A stretch of 64,000 nt of DNA from Candidatus Aenigmatarchaeota archaeon. GTDB lineage: Archaea; Aenigmatarchaeota; Aenigmatarchaeia; CG10238-14; SpSt-28. The number at the start of each line of letters is the position of its first letter. Within the stretch, counting starts at the first letter, position 1. Where the stretch lies: NCBI GenBank assembly GCA_039000725.1, contig JAWBNO010000001.1, positions 258,995 through 322,994 on the forward strand, given 5' to 3'. Shown here in pieces: positions 28,238 to 36,680 of the stretch. The notes under the pieces were generated by a model. The model saw nothing but the letters and a program-made list of their open reading frames with translations, ran no database searches and was not told the DNA's origin. The position numbers were made by a program, and so were the translations under genes.

Positions 28238-29059
28238 TTACCATTCTTCCTGATTTATCTCGAATTTAATATCGTTTTTTTGAGATAAACCGTTGCTATT
28301 CGATTCGTATCGATTCGTATCGTTGGGAATCGCTTTGTATCGGACCCATCCTTTACCATTTTTCTCAAATCTTTCTATATCGTCTGTAATTTTACACATT
28401 TTTGATAGAATGCCTCTCAAACTATCTACACTAACATTTGTTTTTTCAGCTAGTTCTGCATAGCTAATTTCTCCATTTTCTTTAACTATTTTTAATATTT
28501 CTTCCATTTTAGGTGTTAGTGAGGCTTTTTTGAGACTATTGATAGTTTCTGTAATTATGTTTCTAGAATTTTCTGGTAGTGAGTACTCGATACTTTTTAA
28601 TTTATTAATAGCTTCATATAGTATTTCGAATCTTTTTTCATCGTTCATCTCGTGCTTAGAGATAATGTCTTTAATTTCATTCAGAGTTACTGCTCCTTGT
28701 TCTAGTTTGGGTAAAATGTTAATTAGAAACCATTCTTTTGAAGCCATTAGAGATTCAATTCTTTTCAAAGAATCGTCTATATCGATCAAGTAACGTGAGA
28801 GATATCCAGCAGCCACGCCTATTTTAAGAGCATCTTTTTCTATTTTGATGGAGTTTTTATCTTCAATAGAATCTTGAGGCTTTAGCGATTCGCCGATTCG
28901 TATCGATGAATCGCTTGATTCGTATCGATTCGTATCGTTTTGTATCGATGCTGAGCGATTCGTATCGATTCGTATCGATTCGTATCGATTCGTATCGTTC
29001 GTATCGCTATCTTTTTTTAAGTTTTTGATCTTTTCTTTTATCCAATCTATTACTCTCAT
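28238..29059 (-). CDS. HTH DNA-binding protein with DTNRYES peptide repeats at both termini, encoded by 10-nt tandem DNA repeats
   Basis: Central wHTH (PKMEEILKIVKENGEISYAELAEKTNVSVDSLRGILSKM). N-terminus has DTNRYESIRIDTNRSASIQNDTNRYES; C-terminus has NDTNRYESNSNG. Confidence 0.6.
   Translation of the reverse strand: MRVIDWIKEKIKNLKKDSDTNDTNRYESIRIDTNRSASIQNDTNRYESSDSSIRIGESLKPQDSIEDKNSIKIEKDALKIGVAAGYLSRYLIDIDDSLKRIESLMASKEWFLINILPKLEQGAVTLNEIKDIISKHEMNDEKRFEILYEAINKLKSIEYSLPENSRNIITETINSLKKASLTPKMEEILKIVKENGEISYAELAEKTNVSVDSLRGILSKMCKITDDIERFEKNGKGWVRYKAIPNDTNRYESNSNGLSQKNDIKFEINQEEW
28291..28342. repeat. Second block of the same 10-nt repeat (two perfect copies at 28301-28320 plus degenerate copies) in the 3' coding end of the same gene
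   Basis: Read directly from the sequence; same unit and same orientation as the 5' block. Confidence 0.85.
28886..29010. repeat. Tandem 10-nt repeat CGATTCGTAT (four perfect copies at 28956-28995 plus degenerate flanking copies) inside the 5' coding end of the HTH gene
   Basis: Read directly from the sequence. The 10-nt period means three units make 30 nt, or 10 aa. Confidence 0.85.
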
Positions 29060-29860
29060 TTTAAAATTTTTGATTTTAAATTTATAAATGAAAATGTTTC
29101 GTATTTTTTGTGTTATCTATCGAGATTCTCACTTTCATATGTATAAAGTGAGTCAGATACATGAATTTATTTTTTAAAATTTTCACTGACAACTAGAAAA
29201 ATCGACTTTAGTTCTAATGATGTTTTTCTTGTTATTGATTTGATCTTTATTATCTCTAATAATTATCACTCTCAGGACATTAACTAGGGTATTTATTTTT
29301 ATTTTATTTATTAATTTATTCACACAGAAGACTATTTCACTAAATATACTTTATTAGATATATTTTTTAAAATATATTTTATAATTAACAGTTTAATTTC
29401 TTATTTACACAAAAGTATACTTTACAGAATATAATTATTTATATATTTCTGATACTATAGTATCAATGTATTTGATAATATTTCAATTACAAAAAAATGA
29501 TCAACTAATTAAATTAAAGATAAATAGATACCTAAAAAGAATACGTGCAAATATGATAATTAAAGGTGTGTGGAGACATGAAAATGCTAGTTTATTAATA
29601 AATTTGGCATCTTGGATCAAAAATAGGGGCGGAAAAGCTTATGTAATTGAAGAAAACATAATATACTAAGTACAAAAATATTCTCACCAAAATATATTTT
29701 GAAGTATATAATTTTCGATTTTTTAGGCAATTATCTCTTATATATTATTAGAGATAATAGTCTTTATCTCTAAAATTGTATCCTAGGCATATTGAAATAG
29801 AAAAACCATTTAAAGTCTTCAGAAGGCTAAGTATAAATCTTTTAAGGATTTTTTATAATT
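29060..29860. other. About 800-bp non-coding, extremely AT-rich region with several short palindromes. It contains only a weak 67-aa ORF (29466..29669).
   Basis: Inverted repeats CTCACTTT-N9-AAAGTGAG (29128-29152) and TTATCTCT-N11-AGAGATAA (29731-29757), a further TTATCTCT at 29764, and a 14-nt perfect palindrome GATACTATAGTATC (29451-29464). Confidence 0.5.
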
Positions 29861-31465
29861 ATGATTGAAAATCTCAATTTTAGTCAGGAAAATAAAAAGG
29901 AGATCAAGAAAAGTAGCGAGGCTTGTAATCAGATTTATGAATACCTTAGAAAATATGAGGTTGAAGCGAAAAAAGAGAGGGGTGAACCATTATATCTCTC
30001 AGCTAGTATGTATGCTGTTACTTCTATAGAGGTTTCTGTTTTAAATGGCGAGAGAGTTAATAACTACAATAGTTCTTTACAAAATAAAACTATTGTCACC
30101 GCGCATTACAAGCCAGCAAAGCCCATTTTTTATGTGGAAAACGAAATATTTTCTAAAGATATGCTTTGGAAAGCAGAGCTTCAAGCATGGGAAAATTATG
30201 GAAATTATAGACATTCTAGGTTCGAAGAAAAAGAATTTAATTTATTACAGCCAGAAAGGTCAATAAAAGACAATATAAAGATGAACGAGTTCGACGAGAA
30301 TGATGCATTAGAAATAATGAAAAATCTTGATTATATTAGTAGAGAGGCAAAAGAAAAAGTTGACAGGGTGTTGTACAATTTGAGTTTAAAAGATATTAAA
30401 TTTTCATTCGTAGACGTCGCAGGTAGTGAAATAATTCAAGAATTGAACTATTGGTACGTTATCTTTGTAGTGAGGAAAAAAGCAAATCAATACCCATTAA
30501 GGCATTTTGAACTGTCTTACAGTATTGGTGCTAGCGAAGTTAAAAAAAGTTTTAATAAACTGTTTAAAACCTTGTACGAAGGAGTGATGAATACTGTAAA
30601 TAAAGTTGAGTTATTTTCTAAGAATAGTTCTAACCCTAGCGAATTTACTCTCTCTTCTGGAAATTATAAGGCCATTTTAGACGGAAGAGTAGCAGGCGTA
30701 GCTCTTCATGAATTTGGTGCAGGGCATCTTGCAGAAGCTCATCGAGTTATAGAAGAAGGGGAAGCCTTAACTTTTTATGGTAAAATAGGGAAGAGAATAT
30801 CAACTCACCATGTAACTTTAATTGACGATGGAACACTCGAAATAGAAGGAATAAAACCAATTTCATATTACCTATATGATGCTGAGGGGGTAAGAAAAAA
30901 GAGCGTTGAGATAATAAAAGATGGAAGATTTAATTCATATCTTCATTCCAAGCTTACTGCAGGAACTTTGAGCGAAGAAGAGGGTGGAGGTTTCTTAACT
31001 GGTAATGCTAGAATAGAGGTAGAGAATGAAACCAAAACACCAATAGTTCCAAGAATGAGCACTTTATACCTAAAACCTAGAGATTTAAGTTTTGATGAGT
31101 TATTAGAAATGGCAAAGGGCGGAATTTTAATAACTTCAGGTTCACCATCAGGTGAAGTTTTAACACAGCTAGCTGTAGGTTGGATGCCCATTGATGAAAT
31201 GTACTATATAGACCATAATAAAGATATTAAACCCTTGATATACCCGCAGTACAACGTATACATTAGAGAAACACCAGAATCGTTTTTAAAAAAGATAAAG
31301 GGAGTTGGAAATAAAAAAACCTTAACTTTTGACGTTGGTTTTTGTGGTGCAGAATCAGGCTTTATACCTCATGCTATTTATAGTCCTGCCGTCTTTGTTA
31401 ATAGAGTATGCATAATTTTAAGTAAAGGTATGTCCTTTTTAAGGGAGCCTTTAGTCAAACAGTAA
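29861..31465 (+). CDS. TldD/PmbA family metallopeptidase (single copy, 534 aa)
   Basis: GVALHEFGAGHLAE matches the TldD HExxxH-type metal site. Gly-rich EEEGGGFLTGNARIE is also present. Confidence 0.7.
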   Translation: MIENLNFSQENKKEIKKSSEACNQIYEYLRKYEVEAKKERGEPLYLSASMYAVTSIEVSVLNGERVNNYNSSLQNKTIVTAHYKPAKPIFYVENEIFSKDMLWKAELQAWENYGNYRHSRFEEKEFNLLQPERSIKDNIKMNEFDENDALEIMKNLDYISREAKEKVDRVLYNLSLKDIKFSFVDVAGSEIIQELNYWYVIFVVRKKANQYPLRHFELSYSIGASEVKKSFNKLFKTLYEGVMNTVNKVELFSKNSSNPSEFTLSSGNYKAILDGRVAGVALHEFGAGHLAEAHRVIEEGEALTFYGKIGKRISTHHVTLIDDGTLEIEGIKPISYYLYDAEGVRKKSVEIIKDGRFNSYLHSKLTAGTLSEEEGGGFLTGNARIEVENETKTPIVPRMSTLYLKPRDLSFDELLEMAKGGILITSGSPSGEVLTQLAVGWMPIDEMYYIDHNKDIKPLIYPQYNVYIRETPESFLKKIKGVGNKKTLTFDVGFCGAESGFIPHAIYSPAVFVNRVCIILSKGMSFLREPLVKQ

Positions 31466-31510
31466 AAAATTTATAAATTATATAAAAAATAACTATTTAT
31501 TGGTGGTAAC

Positions 31511-32791
31511 ATGAGTAGCGAAGAAATAAAAAAACTTTATGAAATTTGGAATAAGATAGAAATAGATGACCTCAAATTTATGTTATCATTCTTAAACTCT
31601 AGATACCCAATTTTTGGTGAGACTATAGAAAGATTAAGCGCTTACAAAGCTTATGAATTTCTTCCAAAAGAAGAAAAGTTAGAGTTTGGTTTGTATTCTG
31701 AAGAATTAGATCCCCTATTTTTTGTTTTAGATAAAGATTTTATAGATTGGATTGAAAGAACGTTACCACCATACCCAACCATAGTTTCTAATCTATATAA
31801 TAAAAAAGGACTAAAATCAGAGGAGATAGAAATTATGACTAAAAGAAGTATAAACCCAATCACTAACTATAGAGTTGGAAAAAAGAAGAGAGATATTATT
31901 AAGAAATATGGATTAATTAGTGAGGAGTTTGAAAAAGTTAATCAAAAAATTCAAGAAAGAAGATGGAAGGCAATAAGAAATACTATGATACCACTTTATG
32001 GAATATCTGCTGCAAGTATAATGATTTATACCAAAGATCCGGTTTCTTCTTTACTTTCTTGGCTACCATTTCCTATTTTATTTAATCTAGGAAGATATAT
32101 TACCTTTAAAACAGAGAACAGAAAAATAAAAAATTTTATAGACAGAAGTTTAACAGCAGCTTTAATTGCCTCATCACCAGAATCATATATTAGAGTAATT
32201 TTAGAATTTGGAGTTGGCGCACCATTGCTTTCTTATTCAATAGAAAAACTTTGGCCTTATGTTCCTAGAAGTTTTAAAAAATTTTTCTACAATCTTCAAT
32301 TAAAAAGTAGTGGTATAAAAGCAAAAAAATTTGATGAAAAAGAAGTTAGAAATCTTCTATATAACGTTAACATATCTTCAGAAAATATTCCAAATTATCT
32401 CTTTGAAGAGTATAAAAATCAAATAGAAAACGGAATTATAGAGGTCGAAGACCCAAGAAAAACTTTAATATCAACTTATGGATTATCTTATTACAGAAGA
32501 AAGAAAGTTGCATCTTTAGAGGGTAGTGAAGTTAAGATAATTGATAACGAATATGTCAAAAAGTTAGCTCAAATAGAAGGAACTTTTTTAAAAGATTTCG
32601 AAAATAGATTAAAGAGATATCCTACGAAATATCTAGGTGTATCAGTTTTAGATGATAAAATATATTTTGTTAGGGATATTATTGGAATTTTGCCTTCTCA
32701 AATAGAAAGCGGACTAGCTTATAAGGAAGCTTATTGTTGTTTACTTGGCAAGAAAAGTGATAACATATTTTCCATTTATTATAATATTTGA
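31511..32791 (+). CDS. Hypothetical protein with two central hydrophobic helices
   Basis: 426 aa. TM-like segments are MIPLYGISAASIMIYT and LLSWLPFPILFNLG. There is no catalytic motif. It is co-directional and tightly spaced with the downstream genes. Confidence 0.45.
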   Translation: MSSEEIKKLYEIWNKIEIDDLKFMLSFLNSRYPIFGETIERLSAYKAYEFLPKEEKLEFGLYSEELDPLFFVLDKDFIDWIERTLPPYPTIVSNLYNKKGLKSEEIEIMTKRSINPITNYRVGKKKRDIIKKYGLISEEFEKVNQKIQERRWKAIRNTMIPLYGISAASIMIYTKDPVSSLLSWLPFPILFNLGRYITFKTENRKIKNFIDRSLTAALIASSPESYIRVILEFGVGAPLLSYSIEKLWPYVPRSFKKFFYNLQLKSSGIKAKKFDEKEVRNLLYNVNISSENIPNYLFEEYKNQIENGIIEVEDPRKTLISTYGLSYYRRKKVASLEGSEVKIIDNEYVKKLAQIEGTFLKDFENRLKRYPTKYLGVSVLDDKIYFVRDIIGILPSQIESGLAYKEAYCCLLGKKSDNIFSIYYNI

Positions 32792-32827
32792 AAGACTAAC
32801 TTTTTTATTAAAAAAGCATAGAGAAAT

Positions 32828-33643
32828 ATGGTAGAAAGTATAAGATTTAGTGGATATTATATAGCTAACGAAATTGATATTAAAAAGTATTATTTAGATA
32901 AACATAACAAAATTTGGAAAAAAACGTGGGAAGAACCATTAATTGTTGAGAAGAATAGGTCTAAGGCTTTAATATTTGCTTTCGGCAGCATAGTATTTGA
33001 AAATGAAACAGACGAATTTAAAGAAGAAATATTTAAAGAATTTAAAAAGTATTTCATTCAACCAACCGAAAAAACATATACTTCAAACTTTTTTCTAAAG
33101 GTTTTCGATTCTTCTAGAGATATAAAACAATATTGTGGTAAAGAAATAAAAAATAGAAAAATTTTTACTACAGAAGAAGAGGGCTTAACTCTAAAAAAAT
33201 ATTTTAATCAAGATTTTGAAAAAGTTGTTGCATTGGTTGTTGCTCAGGACTCCTCTTTGCGATACATAGAAGAAAAAACCGAAGAAATGCTAGAAACAGT
33301 TAATGGATTGATAAATAGAATGAAGTTTTTTAATTTTAATTTGAGAAAAATAATTAACTACCTTATCGATGTTTCAAAAATAAGAAGTGCAATAATTTCT
33401 GATTTGATGTTAATAGAAAAACCAGAAATAGCTTGGGAAATTTCCTATTTGTCTGAAATTTATTATTCTGTTAGGGATTATTTCGAAATAAAAATTAGAG
33501 TCGATATAGTTCTAACAAAAATTAATTTAGCTAAAGAGTTAGGAGAAATGGTAGAAAGATTAATAAGTGAAAGAAGGTTAGAATTCTTAGAAGTATTAAT
33601 AGTGCTACTTTTTATAATTGATATAATATTATACATGTTATGA
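32828..33643 (+). CDS. DUF155 (RMD1/Sif2/YagE-like) domain protein with a C-terminal TM anchor
   Basis: ALIFAFGSIVFENETDEF resembles the DUF155 VFGSVVFWN core. The C-terminal LEVLIVLLFIIDIILYML segment is hydrophobic. Confidence 0.45.
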   Translation: MVESIRFSGYYIANEIDIKKYYLDKHNKIWKKTWEEPLIVEKNRSKALIFAFGSIVFENETDEFKEEIFKEFKKYFIQPTEKTYTSNFFLKVFDSSRDIKQYCGKEIKNRKIFTTEEEGLTLKKYFNQDFEKVVALVVAQDSSLRYIEEKTEEMLETVNGLINRMKFFNFNLRKIINYLIDVSKIRSAIISDLMLIEKPEIAWEISYLSEIYYSVRDYFEIKIRVDIVLTKINLAKELGEMVERLISERRLEFLEVLIVLLFIIDIILYML

Positions 33644-34215
33644 TTGTTTTTTTGAATGAGTATGATGTTAGATATTTATTTTCTTGTATTGAAGACGAAA
33701 TAAACGTGTTTAAAAACTTAGCAGATTTTAGAAGCTATTTAGAGAAAAATGGATCTTTTTTAGAAAAAATGATAGAGATAGAGTGGAAAAAAATCGGGAG
33801 CTTGTTTCCGAACTTAAGTAGATTTTTTATATCAAGATACAAAAACGATTTATATTTACCATCAGGATCAATTTCTAGATATTTTGAAGGTAAAGACGAA
33901 TTTTCTCACAATAAATTGATAATAAATAAAATTTTGAAATTAAGATTTGGATTAAAAAGCTTGTCTGATTGTTTAGTTTTGGTCGGAAGAAAAGAAGGAG
34001 AAATTTATCATTTTTATACTCTTTTTGGAGATGTTTTCGAGGAGCAAGTATATTTTGGATATTTTACCCCTTCAGAAATAGAAGAAAAAGATAAAGGAGA
34101 ATATTTTACAGTTCATAGACGGAAAAATGGAAAGAGAATTGCTATAAGAATAATTGACGAAAATAAAGCTAAGGAAATGATTGAATATCTTTACAGTTTT
34201 AATATTCAAAAGTAA
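33640..34215 (+). CDS. Hypothetical protein
   Basis: 191 aa. It overlaps the upstream gene by 4 nt and ends 3 nt before the hydrogenase small subunit. Confidence 0.4.
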   Translation: MIVFLNEYDVRYLFSCIEDEINVFKNLADFRSYLEKNGSFLEKMIEIEWKKIGSLFPNLSRFFISRYKNDLYLPSGSISRYFEGKDEFSHNKLIINKILKLRFGLKSLSDCLVLVGRKEGEIYHFYTLFGDVFEEQVYFGYFTPSEIEEKDKGEYFTVHRRKNGKRIAIRIIDENKAKEMIEYLYSFNIQK

Positions 34216-34218
34216 ATA

Positions 34219-34710
34219 GTGTTTATGAAAATCAAAATTGGAGTTTTTTCTTTAACTTGTGATGAAGGTTGTAGTGTAAATTTTTTAGAAATTTTGAATA
34301 AAAAATATTTCGAATGGAAAGATTTTATAGAATTTGTTAATTTTAGACTGGTTAAGACTGAAAAAGATATAAGAGAAATGGATATCGCATTTGTTGAAGG
34401 AGTAATTTCTACTAAAAAAGATTTGGAAAAAATTAAAAAAATTAGAGAAAAGTGTAAAAAATTGGTTTTGCTTGGGAGTTGTGCAATTTCTGGCATACCT
34501 TCTAATATTAGAAATTATTTTGATGAAGAAAGAAATAAAGAAATAGAGGAAATATTAAAAAAATTTGATTTTTTAGATAGATGCTATTTAATAAAAGAAG
34601 TTGTTAAAGTTGACTACGAAATACCCGGTTGTCCTATTGATGAAAATAAATTGATTAATTATATAGATAATTTGATTGTGGAGGCTAACGAAGATGCACG
34701 GGAATATTGA
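34219..34710 (+). CDS. [NiFe]-hydrogenase small subunit, minimal delta-like form (group 3-like)
   Basis: Cys motifs LTCDEGCS, GSCAISG and PGCPID. At 163 aa there is room for only the proximal cluster. Confidence 0.72.
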   Translation: MFMKIKIGVFSLTCDEGCSVNFLEILNKKYFEWKDFIEFVNFRLVKTEKDIREMDIAFVEGVISTKKDLEKIKKIREKCKKLVLLGSCAISGIPSNIRNYFDEERNKEIEEILKKFDFLDRCYLIKEVVKVDYEIPGCPIDENKLINYIDNLIVEANEDAREY

Positions 34711-35971
34711 TATTAATATAGATGAGATTAGTAAAACAGAAGGTCATACAGGTTTAGAGATTAAAGTTAGAGATGGAAAAGTAGAAGAAGTTAAGCTAAA
34801 AGTTAGCGAAAACAAAAGATTTTTCACTCAAGGTGTAAGAGGAAAGATGTATTATGAAATACCTACATTTATAGCTAGAATTTGTGGAACTTGTAGTATA
34901 GCTCATTTGCTTGCATGTATCGAGGCTGTAGAAAAAGCTTTTGGAATAGAGGTTAGTGAGCAAACAAAAATTATGAGAAAACTTTCTATGTTTGGTTTAA
35001 TGATTAGAGATCATGCAATGCATCTTTATTTTCTTTCTTTACCAGATATATTAAAAAAAGATTCCATTTTTGAAATAGGAGAAGAAAACCCAGAATTAAT
35101 AAAACAGGCATTCGAAGTTAAAGCGGCTGGCAATTTGTTGTGTAAAGTTATAGCAGGTAGAGCTGTACATCCAAATTTTGCTACTATTGGAGGATTTTTG
35201 AGAATACCAAAAAAAGAAGAAATAAAAGAGTTAATTCAAAAATTGAAAAATGTTAGAGAATATGTTTTGAATTTAATTGAAATTTTCGGTAATTCTGATT
35301 TGAGTTTTAAAAAAGAAACTATTTATGTAGCTTTATGCACACCACACTATAATTTTTTAGAAGGAGAAATAAGAAGTAGTGAAGGAATAACTGTACAAGA
35401 AGAAAATTTTTGGGATTTTGTTAATAGAATAGTAATTCCATATTCACAATCGACAGCCTTTAAGTTTACTGGAAAACCATATAGAGTTGGAGCTTTGGCA
35501 AGATTAAACTTGAATAAAAACGAATTAGATGAAGATACTAAAAAAGATACAGCTAAATACTTAACTAGATTTCCTTCTCATGATATATTTGATAACAATT
35601 TGGCTCAAGCTATAGAAATATTGCATTGTTTAGATTCTTCAATAAAGATTTTAGAAAATTTTGAGTTTAAAGAAGAAAGGCCAATTGAATTTAAGCCAAA
35701 GGAAAGCGAAGGAATTGGAGTAGTAGAAGCTCCTAGGGGCACTTTATATCACATGTATTACTTTGATGAAGAAGGAAAAGTTAAATTTGGAAATTTTGTT
35801 ATACCTACAGCCCAAAATCAAATTCAAATGGAATTAGATATTAAAGATTTGGTTGAACAAAATTTGGATAAAGATAAGCATACTCTACAACATATGATAG
35901 AATCTTTGATTAGAGCTTATGATCCTTGCTTTAGTTGTGCTTCTCATTTCTTAAAAATCAAATGGATATAA
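34694..35971 (+). CDS. [NiFe]-hydrogenase large subunit
   Basis: N-terminal Ni-binding RICGTCSIAH and C-terminal DPCFSCASH; about 426 aa. The start is taken at MHGNID, because 34676 would overlap the small subunit. Confidence 0.9.
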   Translation: MHGNIDINIDEISKTEGHTGLEIKVRDGKVEEVKLKVSENKRFFTQGVRGKMYYEIPTFIARICGTCSIAHLLACIEAVEKAFGIEVSEQTKIMRKLSMFGLMIRDHAMHLYFLSLPDILKKDSIFEIGEENPELIKQAFEVKAAGNLLCKVIAGRAVHPNFATIGGFLRIPKKEEIKELIQKLKNVREYVLNLIEIFGNSDLSFKKETIYVALCTPHYNFLEGEIRSSEGITVQEENFWDFVNRIVIPYSQSTAFKFTGKPYRVGALARLNLNKNELDEDTKKDTAKYLTRFPSHDIFDNNLAQAIEILHCLDSSIKILENFEFKEERPIEFKPKESEGIGVVEAPRGTLYHMYYFDEEGKVKFGNFVIPTAQNQIQMELDIKDLVEQNLDKDKHTLQHMIESLIRAYDPCFSCASHFLKIKWI

Positions 35972-36321
35972 TTTATAACTTGTTTTAACGCTTCTTCCTC
36001 ATTTAAATTAAAAGGTATAGCAATTATTTTTACATTTTTTATTTTTCCAATTTTTTTTAATAATTTTAATTCATAACTTAAATCATAATCATGCAAACTA
36101 TAAATTTTTCTATTTTCTAGTAAATCTAAGTCTTCAATTATTTCAACTTTTTCTATTCCTTCAGCTACATCCATTATAACTAAATTTTCTTCTTTTAAAT
36201 CTTCAACAACATCAAACTCTACAAAATCTATTTGAGGAAAAACTTTTTTTAGTTTTTTACTTAATTTAACTGCTAGGCTATCTTTTTTTACTAAAGGATT
36301 TCCAAAGACATATATTTTCAT
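35944..36321 (-). CDS. Hydrogenase maturation endopeptidase (HycI/HybD/FrhD family)
   Basis: 125 aa with MKIYVFGNPLVKKDSLAVK (the VxGxGN..DDxxG-like N-terminus) and Asp/His candidates at DVAEG and SLHDYD. Convergent with the large subunit. Confidence 0.65.
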   Translation of the reverse strand: MKIYVFGNPLVKKDSLAVKLSKKLKKVFPQIDFVEFDVVEDLKEENLVIMDVAEGIEKVEIIEDLDLLENRKIYSLHDYDLSYELKLLKKIGKIKNVKIIAIPFNLNEEEALKQVINYIHLIFKK

Positions 36322-36344
36322 TAATAAATTTTTTTAGAATATTA

Positions 36345-36680
36345 ATGAGGAAACATTGTTTAAAAAACGTAGAAATTGCTAACAATTATTTTAAAAGATT
36401 GAGAGGATTGATGTTTAGAAGGAAAATTGATAAACCTCTAGTTATAGTTTTGGAAAAAGAGAGCAGAATCAATTCTATAATACATTCTTTTTTTGTATTT
36501 TTTAAGTTCGATGCAGTTTTTCTTAATTCTAAAAATGTAGTTGTTGATTTAAAAGAAGATATAATGCCGTTTACTCTTTTTATTTTACCAAAGAAACCCT
36601 CAAAATTTGTAATCGAATTAAAAAAGGGTGAAATAAGAAGAAGAAATATTAAAATTGGTGATTTAGTTATTTGGATTTAA
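36345..36680 (+). CDS. DUF192 (COG1430) protein
   Basis: RLRGLMFRRKIDKPLVIVLEKESRINSIIHSFFVFFKFDAVFLNSKNVVV matches the DUF192 RGLMxR...PLxxxF...H core. Confidence 0.55.
   Translation: MRKHCLKNVEIANNYFKRLRGLMFRRKIDKPLVIVLEKESRINSIIHSFFVFFKFDAVFLNSKNVVVDLKEDIMPFTLFILPKKPSKFVIELKKGEIRRRNIKIGDLVIWI

Noticed and set aside
28886-29010. Possible CRISPR array suggested by tandem repeats.
   Set aside because: The repeat unit is only 10 nt, there are no spacers, and it lies inside a coding frame, where it encodes peptide repeats. No cas1 or cas2 is nearby. I found no CRISPR-like array, meaning 25-40 nt repeats separated by unique spacers, anywhere in the window by eye.
29466-29669. 67-aa ORF inside the 800-bp non-coding region.
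   Set aside because: It has no recognisable features, an odd composition, and sits in a palindrome-rich AT island. It is more likely non-coding.
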